64,000 nt of DNA from a bacterium (GCA_037146995.1 JBAWWA010000007.1:22-64021); one strand, 5' to 3'; numbered from the stretch's first letter, positions 27,704 through 37,262 are shown. The notes: generated from the letters alone by a model not told the origin. Numbers and translations: made by a program.

Positions 27704-30700
27704 ATGAAGTTTTTTAAATACTCCCCAAAAAACGATCAAGGCTTTACTTTGGTAGAAGTCTTAATTTCGGCTTCAATCATTGCGCTACTTTTTGTTGCTG
27801 TTCTTAATTTAGCCGATTTGACGCTTAGCGTCACGAATAACAACAAAAATTATGTAACAGCAATCGCTCTAGCTAATGAAAAAATGGAGTTTATAAAAAA
27901 TTTAACTTACGATAAGGTTGATATCGCTAGTAGCACAAGTCTTGGAATAATAAATCAAAATGAGAAGATTGGCATATTTAATGTTTATACAAACATCGCA
28001 ACAATAAATGATGCCTATGATGGGACCGCAACTGATACCGTACCTAATGACTACAAACTCGCAACCGTAAAAGTTAGTTGGCCAACAAAAAATACAATTA
28101 AAGAAGTTGAGGTCAACGCCAGAATCATACCGTTAAATGAGGAGGTTGCAGATGGCACGGGTTTATTAATTTTAAAAGTAACAGACTCAAATTTCAATCC
28201 AATTGAGAATGCAGAAGTGACAATCAAGGGTAGTTCAACGCCAACCAATCTAGTTAAATACACAGATACAGATGGAGTTGTTTTACAACCCCTTTCCCCA
28301 GCTATCGATGAATACAGCGTTAGCGTCACTAAAAAGGATACACTAGGCAATAAAATATATAGCACCGACGAAACAATTGCCACAACCTCTTTTGTCGCAT
28401 ACAAAAAGCCATATTCAATTTTTGCAGCTAAAGAAACTGAAGATTCTTTTGTTATAGATAAATTATCAAACCTAAAAATAAAAACTCTTAATTACAACTT
28501 ACTTAAGAATTTTAAAGTCAGCGCCACCTCTACTGGAAATCAGGTTAGTAACATAAGCTTCGCTTCGGATGATTTTAATGGTGGTGGGTATTTGAATAAT
28601 ACTTACTTTACCTGGTTAGATAGCACCTCCTCAATCTCACAAATTTATGTTGATAAATTTAACAGTAATGATGTCAAAGTCATTGATCATGAATGGGCGA
28701 ATCCAGTCCAAATATCAACGTCATCATTTCAAGCAAATCCAGATATTGCCACTACTCCTAGCGGTGATAGTTACGTTGTATGGGATGATAGTTCGATTGC
28801 GCTTGGTAATTTAGCAAAAAATAATTCGACTTCACAATTAGCAAAATATGAACCTGATCATTCACTTGATTTTTTAAAAACTCAAGAAGAAAATAATCAA
28901 ACACATCTTTCTTATTTCAAGAATCTGATACTAAGGGTCAAAAGCATCTCCGCTAGTATCAAATTTTTTGCTCAAAAATCAACTGAACGATTTCTATCAT
29001 TATTCAATAATCACACGACCGACACTGCTTTGGCAACTGGACCAGCTGTTCAATTTATTGGAATGGCAGAAGGAGTTGGGGCATTTACTAATAATATTGA
29101 TATAAATGTACCTGTAGCACTAAAAAACTCCATACTTTCAAATGATTTAATTATAGCCTATATTGAAAGCAGCAAGGCTAATGCCACAATCAACACCCCA
29201 TTCGGGTGGCAACGTCTCACGGACTCCAATACCATGAGACCAGGAACTGATTTAGGCTGTACATCCAACAGGGATTCCAGTGGTGCAATATTTTATAAAC
29301 AGGCCGAGACCGCTCAATCACACTATGTTTTCAGCTCAACAAATAGCAGTTACAAGGTTGGAATAATAAGAATTTATAGAAATGTTGACATTGCTTATGT
29401 CACGACCAGCACTCTTAGGTGGACCTACTCACCTAAAACCATTGCTGGCTATTTAAGACCTAGTCCGTCCAACTTCGTTAATGGCGCTGGATGCCTTAAT
29501 GTTATGGGTTGGGGTGCCAACACCGCAAGCCTCGTTAATCACCAAGACTGGTGGAGTTTTTATGACCTTGTATTTCCAACTTTTTCCACTAATCGAAGTA
29601 AAATTGTCAATACTAAATCATCAATGGTAACAGCTGACTGGCCAAATTTAAGTGGAACAGGAGATACTGCACCCCAAGTTATTAACCCCAAACAAAACAT
29701 AGATCAATGCTCAATCGGCTGGTCATTAATGCTAAAACCAATTGATCTGGATAATTATATCAATGTAGCTGGTTATGCCAACACGCTCTCTAGCGCCATC
29801 ATTCCAAGCACAAATAATGATTTAGGAGGTAAAATCATTATTACTAGGGATTATCCTGGTACAACATTAATTAAAAATATTAAACTTACTGAATATGGCA
29901 GCGTAGACGCAAAAACATCTTTATCAAATGTTAGAGCGTACTATAAAATTGACACCACTGGTTCAACCTCACCTAAAAATTGTGATGATGTAAATTATAC
30001 TGGCCTATCAACACCCTTTGGGTCTCCACAAAATTTTGATTCAGAAAATGGTTCTCTTACTTTTACGCAAGACGTCTCAATTTCATACCCCAATGCTCTT
30101 TGTTTATTCATTATCTCAGATATAAATAGTAATGCCACTTCAGGTAATGATATTATTCTTAAAATTAAAAATCCATCAACTGATATACAAACAAGCTCCG
30201 GCTCTGTAAAGCCTGCTTTTTCAACAAATGCAAGTTCTACAATCCTAATTTATGACACCAGGTTAAATCAAATACACTATAGGTTTAGGTATGATGACGA
30301 TTCTGAGGCGAGTTCTACTTGGGCCACAACTCAAGATAGTAAGCTTATTACTAAACTTGACGCACCATTACGACTCAGGTTTGAGATTAATAATTCTGGT
30401 GGCGTTACCTCAGATGCCGTGAATTATCAATTAGAGTACGCTAAAAAGGGTGCTACATGCTCTGGCATCACTGCAAGTTCATGGAAAAAAGTCTTAACAA
30501 ATAATTCCGAAGACTGGAAAATTAATTTTAGTGGCCATATTGTAGATGGTGCATCCAGCACAAATATCATGAACGGACTTTCAGATGAAAATACCAATTT
30601 TATCGATGGATTTGTATCCAATCTCAGTAATCCACTTTCAAAGAAAATTACATTGTCGCCTTTAAACTTCACTGAAATTGAATTTGCAATTAGCTCCACA

Positions 30701-31903
30701 ACCAATACCAAAGATGAAACTAATTATTGCTTTAGACTCACAAATTTCGGCGATACTTCGAAGTTTGTTTATAGCAACTATCCTGAAATCACCGTTTCTG
30801 GCGATCGAAATATTTTTATAAAAAGTCTTAACAAAGACGGTGAAACACGCTGGCAAATAAAAAAAGTAAATTCTTCTGACACTTCAGAGCAAACTAATCC
30901 TAAAATTGCCTTAACCTATAACGACAATCATCCAACCTCAACCATTGCTTGGGTTGACCACAGAAACGGTAATGCCGATATTTATGCTCAAAGTTTTGGA
31001 CCAGATGCTTTAAAAATCTGGCCCACTGATGTACAAATAACGAGTTCTTCCACGGATGAAAACTCTGTTGAAATAAAATATGACAAAACTGATGATAACT
31101 TCGTGCTCGCCTGGGTAAATGAAGCTTTAACTGGTAAAACTTTATTTTTGCAAAAATTTTCATTAAACGCTAGCTCTGTCTGGAGTATGCCGATTGAAAT
31201 TAACGCAACTTCGGGCGAAAAATATTCACCATCACTAACAATTGACAATAATGACAACATTTATGTAGCCTGGGAAACAATTATAAGTGGCAAAAGCAAA
31301 ATCAGACTTGCAAAACTCGATGCTACTGGTACGCTATTATGGTTAATTCAACCCAGCAGCGAAGACGGTTCGAATCAACTATTACAACCAAGTATTTTTA
31401 CCGACGACTCAAATGTCTATATTTCCTGGGTTGATGATCGTAACAATAATTATGATATATACGCTCAAAAGATTAGCTCCTTAGGTACTAAACTATGGTT
31501 AACTGATCAAAGATTAAATACCGAATTAAATATTTCCGACCAACTACATCCCAAGCTTTTAATCAATAATGATGGCACACTTTTTGCAGCCTGGGAGGAT
31601 AGCAGAATTGCACCAAAAACTCATGCGTATGCTGCAAGATTCAATGACCCGATTGCCTTTACTCCCATGGGAAATGTGTCAATTAAAATAAGCGGCGCCA
31701 AAGAAATTGGTGAGGGTGTGCTAAAATATAATTTAACACCATTTATAACCGACTCTAACGGCGATCTTAGCATACCGATTGAATGGGATAGTGTTGGATA
31801 CACAATTTTTTCTAGTTCAACTATTATGATGATCGATCCGTACTTGCCAATGAATATTGCACCTAATGAAAATAAGCTAATAAATATATTTATTAAACCT
31901 TAA
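27704..31903 (+). CDS. giant (1399 aa) pilin-like protein: prepilin signal/PilV-like N-terminus fused to multi-domain adhesin-like body with C-terminal beta-propeller-type repeats
   Basis: N-terminus MKFFKYSPKNDQG/FTLVEVLISASIIALLFVAV has the class III signal (G-1, F+1, E+5). A CarboxypepD_reg-like segment follows (LLILKVTDSNFNPIENAEVTIKGSS). Five tandem repeats carry the motif W(V/E)D.R..N.DIYAQ at nt ~30897-31645. The ORF is uninterrupted. Confidence 0.85.
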   Translation: MKFFKYSPKNDQGFTLVEVLISASIIALLFVAVLNLADLTLSVTNNNKNYVTAIALANEKMEFIKNLTYDKVDIASSTSLGIINQNEKIGIFNVYTNIATINDAYDGTATDTVPNDYKLATVKVSWPTKNTIKEVEVNARIIPLNEEVADGTGLLILKVTDSNFNPIENAEVTIKGSSTPTNLVKYTDTDGVVLQPLSPAIDEYSVSVTKKDTLGNKIYSTDETIATTSFVAYKKPYSIFAAKETEDSFVIDKLSNLKIKTLNYNLLKNFKVSATSTGNQVSNISFASDDFNGGGYLNNTYFTWLDSTSSISQIYVDKFNSNDVKVIDHEWANPVQISTSSFQANPDIATTPSGDSYVVWDDSSIALGNLAKNNSTSQLAKYEPDHSLDFLKTQEENNQTHLSYFKNLILRVKSISASIKFFAQKSTERFLSLFNNHTTDTALATGPAVQFIGMAEGVGAFTNNIDINVPVALKNSILSNDLIIAYIESSKANATINTPFGWQRLTDSNTMRPGTDLGCTSNRDSSGAIFYKQAETAQSHYVFSSTNSSYKVGIIRIYRNVDIAYVTTSTLRWTYSPKTIAGYLRPSPSNFVNGAGCLNVMGWGANTASLVNHQDWWSFYDLVFPTFSTNRSKIVNTKSSMVTADWPNLSGTGDTAPQVINPKQNIDQCSIGWSLMLKPIDLDNYINVAGYANTLSSAIIPSTNNDLGGKIIITRDYPGTTLIKNIKLTEYGSVDAKTSLSNVRAYYKIDTTGSTSPKNCDDVNYTGLSTPFGSPQNFDSENGSLTFTQDVSISYPNALCLFIISDINSNATSGNDIILKIKNPSTDIQTSSGSVKPAFSTNASSTILIYDTRLNQIHYRFRYDDDSEASSTWATTQDSKLITKLDAPLRLRFEINNSGGVTSDAVNYQLEYAKKGATCSGITASSWKKVLTNNSEDWKINFSGHIVDGASSTNIMNGLSDENTNFIDGFVSNLSNPLSKKITLSPLNFTEIEFAISSTTNTKDETNYCFRLTNFGDTSKFVYSNYPEITVSGDRNIFIKSLNKDGETRWQIKKVNSSDTSEQTNPKIALTYNDNHPTSTIAWVDHRNGNADIYAQSFGPDALKIWPTDVQITSSSTDENSVEIKYDKTDDNFVLAWVNEALTGKTLFLQKFSLNASSVWSMPIEINATSGEKYSPSLTIDNNDNIYVAWETIISGKSKIRLAKLDATGTLLWLIQPSSEDGSNQLLQPSIFTDDSNVYISWVDDRNNNYDIYAQKISSLGTKLWLTDQRLNTELNISDQLHPKLLINNDGTLFAAWEDSRIAPKTHAYAARFNDPIAFTPMGNVSIKISGAKEIGEGVLKYNLTPFITDSNGDLSIPIEWDSVGYTIFSSSTIMMIDPYLPMNIAPNENKLINIFIKP

Positions 31904-32499
31904 TGTCAAAAATAAGCAAATTGAACAATAGCGCCTTTACCATGATCGAGCTTGCCATTGGTATTTTTGTTTCGATTATTTTAGCCTCAATCGGATACGC
32001 TTTTATATTTAACTCAATAAAATCTACAACTTTTGAGGCAGAACAGGCTACTGCTATAACTTCTGCCAGACAAGGTGTTGATATAATGGCCAAAGAACTT
32101 CGAGGAATAAATGTAAAAATGGGATCCCCTACCGGAGCCATAGAATCCTTTTCCGATGATGAAATTATTTTTTATTCGGATATCAACGATGATGAAAAAA
32201 CTGAAAAAATCAGGTATTTTATGAGTGCAACTACAACTCTGAGTAAAATTGTCTGGGCGCCTGGACCAAATAAAGACTACAATACAATACCATCAGCCAC
32301 TACTACGGTCTCAAAATACATAAACAATTTGACTGAGCCGATTTTTGAATATTATGGCAATGATACTTTAAATACGGTTGTAACTGATATAACACAAATT
32401 TCATTAATCAAAATTACCCTTAAAATTAATGTTACGCCATGGCGGGCACCGGGCGATTTTTATTTAACCTCAGCTGTAAAATTAAGAAATAGAAATTAA
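31903..32499 (+). CDS. pilin-like protein (prepilin-type N-terminal cleavage/methylation domain)
   Basis: N-terminus MSKISKLNNSA/FTMIELAIGIFVSIILASIGYAF. The start overlaps the previous stop (TAATG). Confidence 0.8.
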   Translation: MSKISKLNNSAFTMIELAIGIFVSIILASIGYAFIFNSIKSTTFEAEQATAITSARQGVDIMAKELRGINVKMGSPTGAIESFSDDEIIFYSDINDDEKTEKIRYFMSATTTLSKIVWAPGPNKDYNTIPSATTTVSKYINNLTEPIFEYYGNDTLNTVVTDITQISLIKITLKINVTPWRAPGDFYLTSAVKLRNRN

Positions 32500-32503
32500 T
32501 ACA

Positions 32504-34093
32504 ATGCTTTCATTAAACAACAACAAAGGCTCAATGTTAATAATTGTTCTTGTGGCATCAAGCCTATTGATTGTTATTTTGGTTGGTGCCATTTCCTCTG
32601 CCAATTTGCAACTAAAATTAAACCTACAAAAAGTATCAAATGCGCAAGCACTCCACATAGCTGAGGCTGGCATAAACTACTATCGATGGGTTCTCTATCA
32701 CAACAACTTTGATTTTTGTAATAGTGAAACATGCAAACCCGGGCCCAATTATGGACCCTATGGTCCCTATTCATACAAAAACGATACCGGTCAAGTGATA
32801 GGTTATTATGAACTATATATTACCCCACCAGAATCAAATAAGGCGCAAAATGTCAAAATCAAAGCTACCGGTTGGACCGTACGAGATCCACGTATCAAAC
32901 GCTCGATTGAGGTTGTTGCTGGCTTAACATCATGGGCATCTTACAATGTAATATCAAATGGCTTTTTTCGAACTTTAACAAATTATACAGGAAAAGTACA
33001 TGGAAATTCAGGAATATCATTCCAAGGCTACGGCAAAAGTAACAGTGAAGTATCCTCTACACTGACTGAATTCAATGACCCTGACCACGGTAATGCTCTT
33101 GTTATTTTTAGTGGTAATACTGCAACCGACAAACTAGAATACGGCATACATTATGATGATGACAAGGATTTATTTGACCACCCATTAGGTATTCCCCTAG
33201 ATCCATTTGTCGATGGCACCTGTGCGGCTGGCAGGACATGTACCCCAGAATTTCAGCCAACAAGGGCCGATGTTTTTCCTAAAGGAAGAGTACTTGGTGC
33301 ACCTGCCATAGGTTTTGATTTACTTAATCTTCACGTAAGTAACGCCCTAATTCTCGCCTCGACGAGCGGCGTAGTCCTTGAACCATCTGGCGTTAAAGGC
33401 TACCATTTAACTATAATTCCTAATCCTACTGCAACCGACACAATTGCGGTTAGAAAAGTAAATAAAGAGTTTGGTGACTGCGGATTCGATGGCACCGCAA
33501 AAAGTTGTCAAAGTATTAGACATGATGCCGGAGCCGAAGATCCTCCTTTTTATATTACAATACCGACAAACGGCATAGTCTTTGTGAAAGATAAAATATG
33601 GATTGATGGCACAATTAATAATGACAGGGTTACAGTTTACGCCTTTGGTGGCAGCTTATCTGGCAATACTACCGATATTATCACCAATAATGATCTCAGA
33701 ATTACCAGCAGTAGCACTGATAAAATAGGGCTAATCGCACAACGAAGTATTTTGGTTGGCTATGAAAGTGCTGATAATTTAACAATTGATGCTGACTTGA
33801 TTGCAAAAAATGGCTATTTAAGAAGAGATTGCTATAGTTTAGCCTATGCAAAAGCTGCAGCCAATAATGCTGCCAATAATGGCGGTATAGGACTTAACTG
33901 GACTTATCTAGGGAGAAATAGTATTACCATTAATGGCTCTAATGCTACCTCTGGTCGAGGCGCCTATAGCTGCACCTCAGGTAGTTACTACACAAATACG
34001 TATCAAAATTTTGATGACAATATGGCCAACAACCCGCCTCCTAACTTTCCAACCACCGGTAATTACAAATTCTTATCCTGGCGGGAATTATAA
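32504..34093 (+). CDS. PilX-N-like pilus-associated protein with beta-helix-like C-terminal region
   Basis: The N-terminus NKGSMLIIVLVASSLLIVILVGAISS resembles the PilX N-terminal domain and has no F+1/E+5. The C-terminal half has repetitive G/N/T-rich beta-strand-like segments. Confidence 0.6.
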   Translation: MLSLNNNKGSMLIIVLVASSLLIVILVGAISSANLQLKLNLQKVSNAQALHIAEAGINYYRWVLYHNNFDFCNSETCKPGPNYGPYGPYSYKNDTGQVIGYYELYITPPESNKAQNVKIKATGWTVRDPRIKRSIEVVAGLTSWASYNVISNGFFRTLTNYTGKVHGNSGISFQGYGKSNSEVSSTLTEFNDPDHGNALVIFSGNTATDKLEYGIHYDDDKDLFDHPLGIPLDPFVDGTCAAGRTCTPEFQPTRADVFPKGRVLGAPAIGFDLLNLHVSNALILASTSGVVLEPSGVKGYHLTIIPNPTATDTIAVRKVNKEFGDCGFDGTAKSCQSIRHDAGAEDPPFYITIPTNGIVFVKDKIWIDGTINNDRVTVYAFGGSLSGNTTDIITNNDLRITSSSTDKIGLIAQRSILVGYESADNLTIDADLIAKNGYLRRDCYSLAYAKAAANNAANNGGIGLNWTYLGRNSITINGSNATSGRGAYSCTSGSYYTNTYQNFDDNMANNPPPNFPTTGNYKFLSWREL

Positions 34094-34095
34094 CT

Positions 34096-34126
34096 ACAAA
34101 AAATCGACCCTTAGGTCGATTTTTTG
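34096..34126. terminator. bidirectional terminator between pilus locus and Fe-S operon
   Basis: ACAAAAAATCGACC-CTTA-GGTCGATTTTTTGT. Confidence 0.75.
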
Positions 34127-35355
34127 TAGAGCGGATTTATTTTTCGCAAATTGCTAATTATCGGCGGAAGAGTTTTTATTAGCATATCCATTTCAGCTTT
34201 GGTATTATATTTGCCCAAGGTTATCCTTAACGAACCGTGAGCGACTTCAACTTTTATACCCATGGCAATCAAGACGTGAGAAGCCTTTAAACTGTTTGAG
34301 GCACAGGCTGAACCGGTCGAGACGCAAATACCCGCCATATCGAGAGCTATTAGTATCGATTCACCCTCTACACCCAAAAATGAAAAATGGGCATGTCCTG
34401 GTGTAGCCACTTGACGATCAGTATTGAGAATAGTTTCCGGTATTGTCTTCAAAATACCAGTCACCAAATAATCCCTAATAATGGAAATTTTTTTATTTTG
34501 GACTTCCCTGTATTTTGGCGTGATTTTTTTGAGTGCCCGTCCCAAGCCAACAATGCCCGGTGTATTCAACGTGCCTGAACGGCGATTATTTTGGTGATGC
34601 CCACCCAGTTGCTGTGCTATAATTGGCGTACCATACCTAACATAAAGTAGGCCAATTCCTTTCGGGCCATAAAGCTTATGTGCCGACAATGAAAGCAAAT
34701 CGACATACAAATGATCAACATCACAACTCAAATAATTTCCAGCCTGAGTGGCGTCTGTATGAAAAATAATTGGTTGCGGTTTATCACCACGCTCGTTCAC
34801 ACTATATTTTTTCCATTGGCGTAGCTTGGCCCCATTATGATTGTGAATAATTTTGCCAATTTCCTTGATCGGTTGGATTGCACCAACCTCACTATTGACA
34901 TACATCACAGAAACCAAGACAGTATTTTCTTTGATTGCCGCTTTAAACTCGTCTATATCCACCACGCCATTCGCTTTAACTCCGAGAAAAGTTACATCAA
35001 CTCCCATTTTCCGCAACTTCCCCATTGGCTCGATAACCGAATCATGCTCAACAACGGAGGTGATCAAGTGCAGTTTTTGATCTGGATTTTTTCTTTGAAG
35101 AGCCTCTATTACACCAAATATGGCCAAATTATTTGATTCGGTCGCGCCATTAGTAAAAATCACTTCATCATTTTTACAATTTAAAAAATCAGCACAAGCC
35201 GACTTGGCCGTCTCAACAGCACTCATCGCTTCTTGACCAAAATAATGAATCGACGAAGCATTGCCATATTTGGTGCTTAAATATGGCAACATGGATTTTA
35301 CAATATCAGCATCAACCGGCGTAGTTGCACTGTGATCAAGATAAATATATTTCAT
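34111..35355 (-). CDS. iscS: cysteine desulfurase (NifS/IscS class)
   Basis: Motifs IYLDHSATTPVD, SLSAHKLYGPKGIG (PLP lysine) and STGSACAS (catalytic Cys loop). Confidence 0.92.
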   Translation of the reverse strand: MKYIYLDHSATTPVDADIVKSMLPYLSTKYGNASSIHYFGQEAMSAVETAKSACADFLNCKNDEVIFTNGATESNNLAIFGVIEALQRKNPDQKLHLITSVVEHDSVIEPMGKLRKMGVDVTFLGVKANGVVDIDEFKAAIKENTVLVSVMYVNSEVGAIQPIKEIGKIIHNHNGAKLRQWKKYSVNERGDKPQPIIFHTDATQAGNYLSCDVDHLYVDLLSLSAHKLYGPKGIGLLYVRYGTPIIAQQLGGHHQNNRRSGTLNTPGIVGLGRALKKITPKYREVQNKKISIIRDYLVTGILKTIPETILNTDRQVATPGHAHFSFLGVEGESILIALDMAGICVSTGSACASNSLKASHVLIAMGIKVEVAHGSLRITLGKYNTKAEMDMLIKTLPPIISNLRKINPLYKKST

Positions 35356-35356
35356 T

Positions 35357-35581
35357 TTAAATGGCGGTTACTTTTTTTACTGTAGGTAGCTCTGCCTTGA
35401 GTGTCGCCTCGATACCCTGCTTTAGAGTAATAGAAGACATCGGGCAATGAGCGCAATGGCCTTGCAATTCAACCTTTACTTCACCCGTCGCTTCATCAAA
35501 ACTGACGAGCTTTACATCACCACCATCCATCTGCAAACTTGGTCTTACTTTTTCTAGCACGGCTTGAATCTTATTTTTCAT
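35357..35581 (-). CDS. NifU C-terminal (Nfu-type) Fe-S cluster carrier
   Basis: 74 aa with LQMDGGDVKLV and the GHCAHCPMS CxxC motif. Confidence 0.8.
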   Translation of the reverse strand: MKNKIQAVLEKVRPSLQMDGGDVKLVSFDEATGEVKVELQGHCAHCPMSSITLKQGIEATLKAELPTVKKVTAI

Positions 35582-35640
35582 ATGTTTTATATTTTTTACT
35601 TCATCCTTGGTATTTCCTGGATAAAATAAATAATAATATA

Positions 35641-36024
35641 TTAATTAGGCTTATAATCTTTCAGGGCTTTTTTTAAGGCATCAATCGCGAGCATTGAGCA
35701 ATGAATTTTTGGTGCTGGCAATCCGCCCAGGTCTTGAACAATATCATCTTTTGTAATTCCTAGCGCTTCCTTAATAGTCTTACCTTTAATTCTTTCTGTA
35801 TATGCCGATGAAACTGCAATAGCTGCAGCACAACCCAAGGTCTCAAATTTAATATTTTTTATAACTGAGTCATCTTGCACCTTAACATCCTCAATCTTAA
35901 GATAAATTTTCATCACATCACCACACCCAACGTTGCCAACTTGACCAATCGCATCAGCATCTTTGATGGTTCCCTGATTTTTTGGCTTTTTAAAATGTTT
36001 TAAAACTTCCTTGCTGTATATCAT
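35641..36024 (-). CDS. iscU: Fe-S cluster assembly scaffold IscU/NifU N-terminal type
   Basis: Three conserved Cys in GCGDVMK, LGCAAAIA and KIHCSMLA. Confidence 0.9.
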   Translation of the reverse strand: MIYSKEVLKHFKKPKNQGTIKDADAIGQVGNVGCGDVMKIYLKIEDVKVQDDSVIKNIKFETLGCAAAIAVSSAYTERIKGKTIKEALGITKDDIVQDLGGLPAPKIHCSMLAIDALKKALKDYKPN

Positions 36025-36039
36025 ATTATTGTTAATTCG

Positions 36040-36777
36040 TTATTTAATAGTTACAGGCGTACCAACTTCAGCCCAGTCAAATAATTTTTTGGCGTCTCCA
36101 ATTCCAAGCCTGACACATCCATGAGAAACTGGTTTACCAAGATGATTTTGCCCTTCCTTGAAACCATTGGGCCACTCTGGTAATTCATGAAATCCTATCG
36201 ATCCATCCTTCATGCCCAGCCAATATGGCATCCAAAGACCGTATTTTTTTGACCAGGCACGTTTGCTTTTATTAACTATTTTATACTCACCTTTGGGCGT
36301 TGGCATACTTTTTTTTCCTGTCGAAACTCTGAATCTGCCTAAAATAATTGAGCCGGTAGAATATTCAATTTCTTGTTTTTTTAAATTTACCGCAATATGC
36401 TTGATTAGTTTTTTACCTGATAATGGGTTAAAGCCCTGATCAAATGCCAGCTTATCTGTTCGTCCATCACCATCAGAATCTGGATTATTAAGTTTTGACC
36501 TCAATTTAATCTCTATTAAATCCGATAAGCCATCTTTGTCAGTATCTAATTTGTTTAATTTTATATTTTTAGCATTTATTGGTGAGTAGCCATTCTTAAT
36601 CTCTTCTGAATCTGTATAGCCGTCAGCGTCCGTATCCACTGAATTTGGATCTGTCATATACAAATTTAACTCCTCATTATCAGACAAACCGTCAGCGTCC
36701 GTATCCACGATATTTTTCGCATAAGCCATGTTGACCAGTAAGAATGAACAGACCAGCAAACCAAGAATTTTTTTCAT
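36040..36777 (-). CDS. L,D-transpeptidase (YkuD domain) with four thrombospondin-type-3-like Ca-binding repeats
   Basis: Signal peptide, then the repeats DTDADGLSDNEE, DTDADGYTDSEE, DTDKDGLSDLIE and DSDGDGRTDKLA. The C-terminal YkuD domain has the catalytic HGCVRL. Confidence 0.85.
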   Translation of the reverse strand: MKKILGLLVCSFLLVNMAYAKNIVDTDADGLSDNEELNLYMTDPNSVDTDADGYTDSEEIKNGYSPINAKNIKLNKLDTDKDGLSDLIEIKLRSKLNNPDSDGDGRTDKLAFDQGFNPLSGKKLIKHIAVNLKKQEIEYSTGSIILGRFRVSTGKKSMPTPKGEYKIVNKSKRAWSKKYGLWMPYWLGMKDGSIGFHELPEWPNGFKEGQNHLGKPVSHGCVRLGIGDAKKLFDWAEVGTPVTIK

Positions 36778-37190
36778 TATTTTTGTTTTTTTATTAGATC
36801 TTCCAAAGTGAGACTTTTCAAAGTCTGATTTAAGCGAATTTCAATATAGCCGAGTATGGTATCTGAAGCACAATGACAATTACTACTACATTCAACTGAC
36901 TGACCACCACTCGCCGCGCAACTAAATAAGCTTTTGGAGCCCTCCAGAGCTTCTAAGACTTCATATAGCGTTATTTCTTGTGCAGTTTTAGCCAACTCAT
37001 AGCCACCATTACTACCCTTTGAAGCTGTAATTATTCCGGCTTTTTTTAGCCTCGAGACCAATCTTTCCAAATAATCAGAGGACAAATTTTCCGTTTTGGC
37101 AATTTGTGCCACAGAAAGCAGGCCATTTTGATGGATGGCAATCTGAATTAAGGCTCTTAAACCGTATGTTGATCGGGTCGAAAATTTCAT
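36777..37190 (-). CDS. Rrf2-family transcriptional regulator (IscR-like)
   Basis: N-terminus MKFSTRSTYGLRALIQIA and a C-terminal Cys cluster (CAASGGQSVECSSNCHC). The stop overlaps the L,D-transpeptidase ATG by 1 nt. Confidence 0.85.
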   Translation of the reverse strand: MKFSTRSTYGLRALIQIAIHQNGLLSVAQIAKTENLSSDYLERLVSRLKKAGIITASKGSNGGYELAKTAQEITLYEVLEALEGSKSLFSCAASGGQSVECSSNCHCASDTILGYIEIRLNQTLKSLTLEDLIKKQK

Positions 37191-37262
37191 ATCCTACTCT
37201 TTTAGTTGGTATTATAACTATATAATATTCGTACATCAGTGTCAAGTCACAATTTATTAATA

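Noticed and set aside
36600-36725. Near-identical ~20-mers (CCGTCAGCGTCCGTATCCAC) about 70 bp apart
   Set aside because: They encode successive DTDADG calcium-binding repeats of the L,D-transpeptidase. This is an intragenic coding repeat, not a mobile element end.
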